Source: the human T2T-CHM13v2.0 reference genome, Homo sapiens
DNA: 64,000 nt
Assembly (NCBI RefSeq): GCF_009914755.1
Contig: NC_060939.1
Reading direction: 5' to 3' (one strand)
Shown: in pieces, positions 32,701 to 46,430 of the stretch
Layout: each line of letters begins with the position of its first letter
Position numbering within the stretch: the stretch's first letter is position 1
Position numbers and translations under genes: made by a program
The notes under the pieces: generated by a model
Told to the model about the DNA's origin: nothing
What the model saw: the letters and a program-made list of their open reading frames with translations, nothing else
The model's database searches: none

Positions 32701-35700
32701 AAGCATGTATTATATACTGTACATAAAATATGAAAGTACATCAAATATATATTTCATTCTGTACAAACAATATCAAAGTACACCAAATATATATTCTATA
32801 GTGTACATAAAATATCAAAGTACCCAAAATATATATTACAAACTATACATGAAATATCAAAGTTCACAAACTATATATTATATATTGTATTTAAAATATC
32901 AAAGTACCCAAGGTATATATTCTATACTGTACAAAAAATATCAAAGTACCCAAAGCATGTATTATATACTGTACATAAAATATGAAAGTACATCAAATGT
33001 ATATTTTATTCTGTACAAAAAATATCAAACTACACCAAATATATATTCTATAGTGTACACAAATATCAAAGTACCCAAAATATACATTATATGCTGTACA
33101 TAAAATATGAAATGACATCAAATATATATTATATTAGGTACATAAAATATGAAAGTACATCAAATATAGATTATATACTGTACATAAAATACCAAAGTAC
33201 CCCAAATATATATTTTATACTGTACATGAAATATCAAAGTTCACAAACTGTATATTATATACTGTACATAAAATATCAAAGTACCCAAGGTACATATTCT
33301 ATACTGTACAAAAAATATCAAAGGACCCAAAGCATGTATTATATACTGTACATAAAATATGAAAGTACATCAAATATATATTTCATTCTGTACATAAAAT
33401 TTCAAAGTACACCAAATATATATTCTATAGTGTACATAAAATATCAAAGTACCCAAACTATACATTATATACTGTACATAAAATATGAAATTACATCAAT
33501 TATATATTATATTAGGTACATAAAATATGAAAGTACAAGAAATATAGATTATATACTGTACATAAAATATCAAAGTATACTGTACATAAAATATGAAATT
33601 ACATCAAAAATATATTATATTAGGTACATAAAATATGAAAGTACATCAAATATAGATTTTATTCTGAACATAAAATATCAAAGTACCCCAAATTTATATT
33701 ATATACTGTAGATGAAATATCAAAGTTCACAAACTATATATTATATACTGTACATAAAATATCAAAGTACCCAAGGTACATATTCTATACTGTACAAAAA
33801 ATATCAAAGTACCCAAAGCATGTATTATATACTGTACATAAAATATGAAAGTACATCAAATATATATTTTATTCTGTACATAAAATATCAAAGTACACCA
33901 AATATATATTCTATAGTGTACATAAAATATCAAAGTACCCAATCTATACATTATATACTGTACATAAAATATGAAATTACATCAAATATATATTATATTA
34001 GGTACATAAAATATGAAAGTACATCAAATATAGATTATATACTCTATATAAAATATCAAAGTAACCCAAATATATATTATATACTGTACATGAAATATCA
34101 AACTTCATAAACTATATATTATATACTGCACATAAAATATCAAAGTACCCAAGGTATATATTCTATACTTTACAAAAAATATCAAAGTACCCAAAGCATG
34201 TATTACATACTGTACATGAAATATGAAAGTACATCAAATATATATTTTATTCTGTACAAAAAATATCAAAGTACACCAAATATATATTCTATAGTATACA
34301 TAAAATATCAAAGTACCCAAACTATACATTATATACTGTACATAAAATATGAAATTACATAAAATATATATTATATTAGGTACATAAAATATGAAAGTAC
34401 GTCAAATATAGATTATATACAATACATAAAATACCAAAGTACACCAAAGATATATTTTATACTGTACATGAAATATCAAAGTTCACAAACTATATATTAT
34501 ATACTGTACATCAAATATCAAAGTACCCAATGTATATATTCTATACTGTACAAAAAATATCACAGTAACCAAAGCATGTATTATACACTGTACATAAAAT
34601 ATGAAATTACATCAAATATATATTTTATTCTGTACAAAAAATATCAAAGTACACCAAATATATATTCTATAGTGTACATAAAATATCAAGGTACCCAAAC
34701 TATACATTATATACTGTACATAAAATATGAAATTACATCAAATATATATTATATTAGGTACATAAAATATGAAAGTACATCAAATATAGATTATATACTG
34801 TACATAAAATATCAAAGTACACCAAATATATATTCTATAGTGTACATAAAATATCAAAGTACCCAAACTATACATTATATAGTGTACATAAAATATGAAA
34901 TTACATCAAATATATATTAGGTACATAAAATATGAAAGTACATCAAATATAGATTATATACTGTACATAAAATATCAAACTACCCCAAATATATATTTTA
35001 TACTGTACATGAAACATCAAAGTTCACAAACTATGTATTATATACTGTACATAAAATATCAATGTAACCAAGGTATATATTCTATACTGTTCAAAAAATA
35101 TCAAAGTACCCAAAGCATGTATTATATACTGTACATAAAATATCAAAGTACATCAAATATCTATTTTATTCTGTACATAAAATATCAAAGTACACCGAAT
35201 ATATATTCTATACTGTACATAAAATATCAAATTACCCAAACTATACATTATATACTGTACATAAAATATGAAATTACATCAAATATATATTATATTAGGT
35301 TCATAAAATATGAAAGTACATCAAATATAGATTATATACTGTACATAAAATATCAAAGTACCCCAAATATATATTATATACTGTACATGAAATATCAAAG
35401 TTCACAAACTATATATTATATACTGTACCTAAAATATCAATGTACCCAAGGTATATATTCTATAATGTACAAAATATATCAAAGTACCCAAAGCATGTAT
35501 TATATACTGTACATAAAATATGAAAGTACATCAAATATATATTTTATTCTGTACATAAAATATGAAAGTACACCAAATATATATTCTATACTGTACATAA
35601 AATATCAAAGTTCCCAAACTATAAATTATATACTGCACATAAAATATGAAATTACATCAAATACATATTATATTAGGTACATAAAATATGAAAGTACATC

Positions 35701-38700
35701 AAATATAGATTATATGCTGTACATAAAATATCAAAGTACCCAAAATATATATTATATACTGTACATGAAATATCAAAGTTCACAAACTATATATTATATA
35801 CTGTACATAAAATATCAAAGTACCCAAGGTATATATTCTATAATGTACAAAAAATATCAAAGTACTCAAAGCATGTATTATATACTGTACATAAAATATC
35901 AAAGTACATCAAATATATATTTTATTCTGTACATAAAATATCAAAGTACACCAAATATATATTCTATAGTGTACATAAAATATCAAAGTACCCAAACTAT
36001 AGATTATATACTGTACATAAAATATGAAATTACATCAAATATATATTATATTAGGTACATAAAATATGAAAGTACATCAAATATAGATTATATGCAGTAC
36101 AAAAAATATCAAAATACGCTAAGTATATATTATATACTGTACATGAAATATCAAAGTTCACAAACTATATATTATATACTGTACATAAAATATCAAAGTA
36201 CCCAAGGCATATATTCTATACTGTACAAAAAATATCAAAGTACCCAAAGCATGTATTATATACTGTACATAAAATATGAAAGTACATCAAATATATATTT
36301 TATTCTGTACAAAAAATATCAAAGTACACCAAATATATATTCTATAGTGTACACAAATATCAAAGTACCCAAACTATACATTATATACTGTACATAAAAT
36401 ATGAAATTACATAAAATATATATTATATTAGGTACATAAAATATGAAAGTACATCAAATATAGATTATATACTGTATATAACATATCAAAGTACCCCAAA
36501 TATATATTATATACTGTACATGAAATATCAAAGTTCACAAACTATATATTATATACTGTACATGAAATACCAAAGTTCACAAACTATATATTATATACTG
36601 TACATAAAATATCAAAGTACGCAATGTATATATTCTATACTGTACAAAAAATATCAAAGTAACCAAAGCATGTATTATATACTGTACATAAAATATGAAA
36701 GTACATCAAACATATATTTTATTCTGTACATAAGATATCAAAGTAAACCAAATATATATTCTATACTGTACATAAAATATCAAAGTACCCAAACTATACA
36801 TTATATACTGTACATAAAATATGAAATTACATCAAATATATATTATATTAGGTACATAAAATATGTAACTACATCAAATATAGATTATATGCTGTACATA
36901 AAATACCAAAGTACCCCAAATATATATTTTATACAGTACATGAAATATCAAAGTTCACAAACTATATATTATATACTGTACATAAAATATCAAAGTACCC
37001 AAGGTATATATTCTATACTGTACAAAAAATATCAAAGTACACAAAGCATGTATTATATACTGTACATAAAATATGAAAGTACATCAAATATATATTTTAT
37101 TCTGTACAAAAAATATGAAAGTACACCAAATATATATTCTATAGTGTACACAAATATCAAAGTACCCAAACTATACATTATATACTGTACATAAAATATG
37201 AAATTACATCAAATATATATTATATTAGGTACATAAAATATGAAAGTACATCAAATATAGATTATATACTGTACATAAAATATCAAAGTACCCCAAATAT
37301 ATATTATATACTGTACATGAAATGTCAAAGTTCACAAACTATATATTATATACTGTACATGAAATACCAAAGTTCACAAACTATATATTATATACTGTAC
37401 ATAAAATATCAAAGTACCCAAGGTATATATTCTATACTGTACAAAAAATATCAAAGTACCCAAAGCATGTATTATATACTGTACATAAAATATGAAAGTA
37501 CATCAAATATATATTTTATTCTGTACAAAAAATATCAAAGTACACCAAATATATATTCTATAGTGTACATAAAATATCAAAGTACCCATACTATACATTA
37601 CATACTGTACATAAAATATGAAATTACATCAAATATATATTATATTATGTACATAAAATATGAAAGTACATCAAATATAGATTATATGCTGTACAAAAAA
37701 TATCAAAGTACCCCAAATATATATTATATACTGTACATGAAATATCAAAGTTCACAAACTATATATTATATACTGTAAATAAAATATCAAAGTACCCAAG
37801 GTATGTATTCTATACTGTACAAAATATATCAAAATATCCAAAGCATGTATTATATACTATACATATAATATGAAAGTACATCAAATATATATTTTATTCT
37901 GTACAAAAAATATCAAAGTACACCAAATATATATTCTATAGTGTACACAAAATATCAAAATACCCAAACTATACATTATATACTGCACATAAAATATGAA
38001 ATTACATCAAATATATATTATATTAGGTACATAAAATATTAAAGTACATCAAATATAGATTATATACTGTACATAAAATACCAAAGTACCCCAAATATAT
38101 ATTTTATACTGTACATGAAATATCAAAGTTCACAAACTATATATTATATACTGTACATAAAATATCAAAGTACCCAAGGTATATATTCTATACTGTACAA
38201 AAAATATCAAAGTACCCAAAGCATGTATTATATACTGTACATGAAATATGAAAGTACATCAATATATATTTTATTCTGTACATAAGATATCAAAGTACAC
38301 CAAATATATATTCTATACTGTACATAAAATATCAAAGTACCCAAACTATAAATTATATACTGTACATAAAATATGAAATTACATCAAATATATATTATAT
38401 TAGGTACATAAAATATGAAAGTACATCAAATATAGATTATATGCTGTACAAAAAATATCAAAGTACCCCAAATATATATTATATACTGTACATGAAATAT
38501 CAAAGTTCACAAACTATATATTATATAGTGTACATAAAATATCAAAGTACTCAAGGTATATACTCTATACTGTACAAAAAATATCAAAGTACCCAAAGCA
38601 TGTATTATATACTGTACATAAAATATGAAAGTACATCAAATATATATTTTATTATGTACATAAGATATCAAAGTAAACCAAATATATAGTCTATACTGTA

Positions 38701-40499
38701 CATAAAATATCAAAGTACCCAAACTATAAATTATATACTGTACATAAAATATGAAATTACATCAAATATATATTATATTAGGTACATAAAATATGAAAGT
38801 ACATCAAATATAGATTATATACTGTACATAAAATATCAAAGTACCCCAAATATATATTATATACTGTACATGAAATATCAAAGTTCACAAACTATATATT
38901 ATATACTGTACATAAAATATCAAAGTACCCAAGGTATATATTCTATACTGTACAAAAAATATCAAAGTACCCAAAGCATGTATTATATACTGTACATAAA
39001 ATATGAAAGTACATCAAATATATATTTTATTCTGTACATAAATTATCAAAGTACACCATATATATATTCTATAGTGTACATAAAATATCAAAGTACCCAA
39101 ACTATACATTATATACTGTACATAAAATATGAAATTACATCAAATATATATTATATTAGGTACATAAAATATGAAAGTACATCAAATATAGATTATATGC
39201 TGTACAAAAAATATCAAAGTACCCCAAATATATATTATATACTGTACATGAAATATCAAAGTTCACAAACTATATATTATATAGTGTACATAAAATATCA
39301 AAGTACTCAAGGTATATACTCTATACTGTACAAAAAATATCAAAGTACCCAAAGCATGTATTATATACTGTACATAAAATATGAAAGTACATCAAATATA
39401 TATTTTATTCTGGACATAAAATATCAAAGTACACCAAATATATATTCTATAGTGTACATAAAATATCAAAGTACCCAAACTATACATTATATACTGTACA
39501 TAATATATGAAATTAAATCAAATATATATTATATTAGGTACATAAAATATGAAAGTACATCAAATATAGATTATATACTGTACATAAAATATCAAAGTAC
39601 CCCAAATATATATTATATACTGTACATGAAATATCAAAGTTCACAAACTATAGATTATATAATGTACATAAAATATCAAAGTACCCAAGGTATATATTCT
39701 ATACTGTACAAAAAATATCAAAGTACCCAAAGCATGTATTATATACTGTACATAAAATATGAAAGTACATCAAATATATATTTTATTCTGTACATAAAAT
39801 ATCAAAGTACACCAAATATATATTCTATACTGTACATAAAATATCAAATTACCCAAACTATACATTATATACTGTACATAAAATATGAAATTACATGAAA
39901 TATATATTATATTAGGTCCATAAAATATGAAAATACATCAAATATAGATTATATACTGTACATAAAATACCAAAGTACCCCAAATATACATTTTATACTG
40001 TACATGAAATATCAAAGTTGACAAACTGTATATTATATACTGTACATAAAATATCAAAGTACCCAAGGCATATATTCTATACTGTACAAAAAATATCAAA
40101 GTACCCAAAGCATGTATTATATACTGTACATAAAATATGAAAGTACATCAAATATATATTTTATTCTGGACATAAAATATCAAAGTACACCAAATATATA
40201 TTCTATAGTGTACATAAAATATCAAAGTACCCAAACTATACATTATATACTGTACATAAAATATGAAAGTACATCAAATATATATTTTATTCTGTACATA
40301 AAATATCAAAGTACACCAAATATATATTCTATACTGTACATAAAATATCAAATTACCCAAACTATACATTATATACTGTACATAAAATATGAAATTACAT
40401 GAAATATATATTATATTAGGTACATAAAATATGAAAGCACATCAAATATAGATTATATACTGTACATAAAATACCAAAGTACCCCAAATATATATTTTA

Positions 40500-43400
40500 T
40501 ACTGTACATGAAATATCAAAGTTCACAAACTGTATATTCTATACTGTACATAAAATATCAAAGTATCCAAACATGTATTATATACTGTACATAAAATATC
40601 AAAGTACACAAATATTTATTGTTCACTCTAAATAAAATATCAAAGTAACCAAACTATATATTATATATTGTACATAAAAAATCAAAGTACACAAACTATA
40701 TATTTTATACTGTACATAAAATATCAAAGTAAACCAAATATATATTCTATACTGTACATAAAATACCGAAGCACATCAAATATATATTCTATACTGTACA
40801 TAAAATATCAAACTACCCAAACATATATTGTATACTGTACCTTATATATCAAAGTACCCAAATTATATATTTTATACTGTACATAAACTATCAAAGTGCC
40901 CAAACTATAAATTATATACTGTACATAAAATATGAACTTACATCAAATACATATTATATTAGGTACATAAAATATGAAAGTACATCAAATATAGATTTTA
41001 TACTGTACATAAGATATCAAAGTACCACAAATATATATTATACACTGTTCATGAAATATCAAAGTATACAAACTGTATATTATATACTGTACATAAAAGA
41101 TCAATGTACCCAAAGTATATATTATATACTGTACATAAAATATCAAAGTACCCAATGTATAGATTATATACCGTACATAAAATATGAAAGTACATCAAAT
41201 ATAGATTATATACTGTACATAATATATCAAACTACCCCAAATATATATTATATACTGTACATGAAATATAAAAGTACACAAACTATATATTATATACTGT
41301 ATATAAAATATCAAAGTACCCATAGTATATATTCTATACTGTACAAAAAATATCAAAGTACCCAAAGCATGTATTATATACTGTGCATAAAATATGAAAG
41401 TACATCAAATATATATTTAATACTGTACATAAAATATCAAAGTACACCAAATATATATTCTACACTGTACATAAAATATCAAAGTACCCAAAGCATGTAT
41501 TATATACTGTACATAAAATATCAAAGTACACAAAGATTTATTGTGCACTCTAAATAAAATATCAAAGTAACCAAACTATATATTATATATTGTACATAAA
41601 AAATCAAAGTACCCAAACTATATATTTTATACTGTACATAAAATATCAAAGTACACCAAATATATATTCTATACTGTACATAAAATACCGAAGCACATCA
41701 AATATATATTCTATACTGTACATAAAATATCAAACTACCCAAACATATATTGTATACTGTACCTAATATATCAAAGTACCCAAATTATATATTTTATACT
41801 GTACATAAAATATCAAAGTACCCAAACTCTACATTATATACTGTACATACAAAATGAAATTAAATCAAATATATATTATATTATGTTCATAAAATATGAA
41901 AGTACATCAAATATAGATTATATACTGTACATAAAATATCAAAGTACCCCAAATATATATTATATACTGTACATGAATTATCAAAGTACACAAACTTTAT
42001 ATTATATACAGTACATAAAATATCAAAGTACCGAAAGTATATATTGTATACTGTACAAAAAATATCAAAGTACCCAAAACATGTATTATATACCGTACAT
42101 AAAATATGAAAGTACATCAAATATATATTTTATTCTGTACACAAAATATCAACGTACACCAAATATACATTCTATACTGTACATAAAATATCAAAGTACC
42201 CAAAGCATGTATTATATACTGTACATAAAATATCAAAGTACACAACATTTATTGTGAACTCTAAATAAAATATCAAATAACCAAATATATATTATATATT
42301 CTACATAAAAAAGCATAGTACCCAATCTATATATTTTATACTGTACATATAATATCAAAGTACACCTAATATATATTCTATACTCTACATAAAATATCAC
42401 AGTACCCAAACACATATTATATACTGTACATAAAATATCAAAGTATACCAAATATATATTCTATACTGTACATAAAATACCAAAGTGCACCAAATATATA
42501 TTCTATACTGTACATAAAATCTCAAACTACCCAAACATATATTGTATACTGTACATAATGTATCAAAGTACCCAAATTATGTATTTTATACTGTACATAA
42601 AATAACAAAGTACCCAAACTATACATTATATACTGTACATAAAATATGAACTTACATCCAATATATATTATATTAGGTACATAAAATACGAAAGTACATC
42701 AAATATAGATTATATACTGTACATAAAATATCAGAGTACCCCAAATATATATTATATACCGTATATGAAATATCAAAGTATACAAACTATATATTGTATA
42801 GTGTACATAAAATATCAAAGTACCCAAAGTACATATTATATACTGTACCTAAAATATCAAAGTACACAAAGTATAGATTATATACTGTACATAAATATGA
42901 AAGTACATCAAATATATATTTTACTCTGTACATAAAATATCAAAGTACACCAAATATATATTCTATACTGTACATAAAATATCAAAATACCCAAAGCATG
43001 TATTATATACTGTACATAAAATATCAAAGTACACAAACGTTTATTGTGAACTCTAAATAAAATATCAAAGTAACCAAATTATACATTATATATTGTACAT
43101 AAAAAATCAAAGTACACAAACTATATATTTTATACTGTACATAAAATATCAAAGTACACAAAATATATATTCTATAATTTACATAAAATATCAAAGTAAC
43201 CAAAGCATGTATTATATACTGTACACAAAATATCAAAGTACACAAACATTTATTGTGAACTCTAAATAAAATATCAAAGTAACCAAATTATACATTATAT
43301 ATTGTACATAAAAAATCAAAGTATACAAACTATATATTTTATTCTGTACATAAAATATGAAAGTACACCAAATATATATTCTATACTGTACATAAAATAC

Positions 43401-45887
43401 CAAAGTACACCATATATATACTCTATACTGTACATAAAATATCAAACTACCCAAACATATATTGTATACTGTACATAATATATCAGTACCCAAATTATGT
43501 ATTTTATAATGTACGTAAAATATCAAAGTATCCAAACTATACATTATATACTGTACATAAAATATGAACTTACATCAAATATATATTATATTAGGTACAT
43601 AAAATATGAAAGTACATCAAATATAGATTATACACTGTACATAAAATATCAGAGTACCCTAAATATATATTATATACTGTACATGAAATATCAAAGTATA
43701 CAAACTATGTATTATATACTGTACATAAAATATCAAAGTATCCAAAGTATATATTGTATACTGTACATAAAATATCAAACTACCCAAACTCAGATTGTAT
43801 ACTGTACCTAGTATATCAAAGTACCCAAATTATATATTTTATGCTGTACAAAAAATATCAAAGTACCCAAACTATACATTATATACTGTACATAAAATAT
43901 GAAATTACATCAAATATATATCATATTAGGTACATATAATATGAAAGTACATCAAATATAGATTATATAGTGTACATAAAATATCAAAGTACCCCAAATA
44001 TATATTATATACTGTACATGAAATATCAGAGTACACAAACTATATATTATATACTGTACATAAAATATCAAAGTACCCAAAGTATATATTCTATACTGTA
44101 CAAAAAATATCAAAGTACCCAAAGCATGTATTACATACCGTACATAAAATATGAAAGTACATCAAATATATATTTTATTCTGTACGTAAAATATCAAAGT
44201 ACACCAAATATACATTCTATACTGTACATAAAATATCAAAGGACCCAAAGCATTTATTATATACTCTACATAAAATATCAAAGTACACAAACATTTATTT
44301 TGAACTCTAAATAAAATATCAAAGTATCCAAACTATATATTATATATTGTACATAAAATATCAAAGTACCCAACTATATATTTTATACTGTACATAAAAT
44401 ATCAAAGTACACCTAATATATATTCTATACTCTACATAAAATATCAAAGTACCCAAACATTTATTATATACTCTACATAAAATATCAAAGTACACCAAAT
44501 ATATATTCTATACTGTACATAAATTTCCAAAGTGCACCAAATATATATTCTATACTGTACATAAAATATCAAACTACCCAAACATATATTGTATACTGTA
44601 CATAATATATCAAAGTACCCAAATTATATATTTTATACTGTACATAAACTATCAATGTGCCCAAACTTTACATTATATACTGTACATAAAATATGAAGTT
44701 ACATCAAAAACATATTATATTAGGTTCATAAAATATAAAAGTACATCAAATATAGATTATATACTGTACATAATATATCAGAGTACCCCAAATATATATT
44801 ATATACTGTACATGAAATATCAAAGTATACAAACTATATATTATATACTATACATAAAATGTCAAAGTACCCAAATTATATATTATATACTGTACATAAA
44901 ATAATCTATCCAATGTATAGATTATATACCGTACATAAAATATGAAATTACATCAAATATATATTTTATTCTGTACATAAAATATCAAAGTACACCAAAC
45001 GTATATTCTATACTGTACATAAAATATCAAGGTACACCTAATATATATTCTATACTGTACATAAAATATCACACTACCCAAACATATATTATATTCTGTA
45101 CATAATATATCAAAGTACCCAAACTATATATTTTATACTGTGCATAAAATATCAAAGTACCCAAACTATACATTATATACTATACGTAAAATATGAAATT
45201 ACACCAAATATATATTAGGTACATCAAATATGAAAGTACATGAAATATAGATTATATACTGTACATAAAATACCAAAGTACCCCAAATATATATTATATA
45301 CTGTACATGAAATATCAAAGTACACAAATTATATATTATATACTGTACTTAAAATATCAAAGTATCCGAAGTATATATTATGTACTGTACATAACATATC
45401 AAAGTAACCAAACTATATATTTTTTACGGTACATAAAATATCAAAGTACCCAAAGTACATATCATATACTGTACATAACATATCAAAGTAACCATACTAT
45501 ATATTATATACTGTACATAAAATATGAAAGTACCTAAAGTATATATTATATACTCTACATAAAATATCAAAGTTCTGAAACTATATATTATATACTGTAC
45601 ATAAAATAGAAAAGTACACCAAATATATATTCTATACTGTACATAATATAAAAGTACACCAAATATATATTGTATATTGTACATAAAATATCAAAGAATC
45701 CAAACATATATTATATAATGTACGTAATATATCAAATTACCCAAACTATATGTTTTATTCTGTACATAAAATATCAAAGTACCCAAACTATTCATTATAT
45801 ACTGTACATAAAATATACTGTACATCAAATGTATTTTATATTATGTAAATAAAATATGAAAGTATATCAAATATAAATTATATACTG
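40500..45887 (+). repeat. Diverged edge layer of HSat1A without regular 9-mer order
   Basis: Novel monomer variants (e.g. acacaaacatttattgtgaactctaaataaaatatc, aactacccaaacatatattgt), more indels, 378-bp period lost. Confidence 0.85.
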
Positions 45888-46170
45888 AGCTTTCGGAGCA
45901 GCCCGGACAGAGCTCTCATGCCTTTCCACCACCCCACCCCGGCCTGACCACCCCCTCCCGAACCCCGTCTCCCACCCCCGTAAAATGCGTCTTCCCTTGG
46001 TCTGGGTGAGGACCCACGTCCTTCAAAACCTCGGGCCCACCCAGCCTCCAGGCCTGACAACCCTCCGACGGCTCGCCTCCTCTGAGCCTCCACGCCACCG
46101 TCGCCGGCCCGTCCGTGCCCCTGCAGCCTCCCAGCTGCCACCATGGAGTGTCTGGCGGCGGAACGCAGAC
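45885..46170 (+). repeat. LSau/D4Z4-like fragment, 5'-truncated by HSat1A
   Basis: GC-rich; collinear with 60315-60600 (ggagcagccc...agagctctcatgcctttccacc...gcggcggaacgca) and with the start of the D4Z4 KpnI unit as recalled. Confidence 0.92.
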
Positions 46171-46430
46171 TTCTAGCCCTCTTTGCCGGCCTCCTGGCTA
46201 GACCTGCGCTCATTGCGCACCCCGGCTCGCGTGCAAGGGAGTCCGCTGGCCTCTCTGTGCCCTTGTCCGTCTATGAAATTCCAACTGAGGCTCTCCCAAC
46301 ACCTTCCGATGCTCTTTAGTCAAAGCCTGGAGAATAGTTACATCTCCTGGATGATCAGTTCAGAAATACGTCACAATGCCCCCTCCCTGCGGAGCCTACA
46401 GAAGATTTGCATCATTTGGGTGATCAGTGC
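46171..46430 (+). other. pLAM-like segment (DUX4 exon 3 paralogue), copy 1, no ATTAAA
   Basis: ctcctggctag|acctgcg...gtgcaaggga...gttacatctcctggatgatcagttcag...aatgccccctccct...agaagatttgcatc resembles 4qA pLAM as recalled; the poly(A)-signal position reads GTCACA (46370-46375). Confidence 0.85.

Larger units (their letters stand above)
1..45887 (+). repeat. Human satellite 1A (HSat1A/SAR) array, 42-bp monomer, 378-bp 9-mer
   Basis: Continuous tandem of ACATAAAATATCAAAGT (17 bp) + ACCCAAACTATACATTATATACTGT (25 bp), usually two GTAC (RsaI) sites per monomer, very AT-rich, almost no CpG. Nine distinguishable monomers recur every 378 bp (126-aa period in the ORF track). Confidence 0.97.

Noticed and set aside
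427-45852. Dozens of Tyr/Ile/Lys-rich ORFs up to 500 aa (ILYIKYQST repeats)
   Set aside because: Artefact of a 42-bp (3n) satellite with one stop-free frame; they break at random point mutations and indels and have no gene structure.
1-45887. CRISPR-like look (conserved ctgtacataaaatat with variable intervening sequence)
   Set aside because: The 'spacers' are homologous to each other and cycle every 9 monomers; no cas genes; the context is primate satellite DNA.
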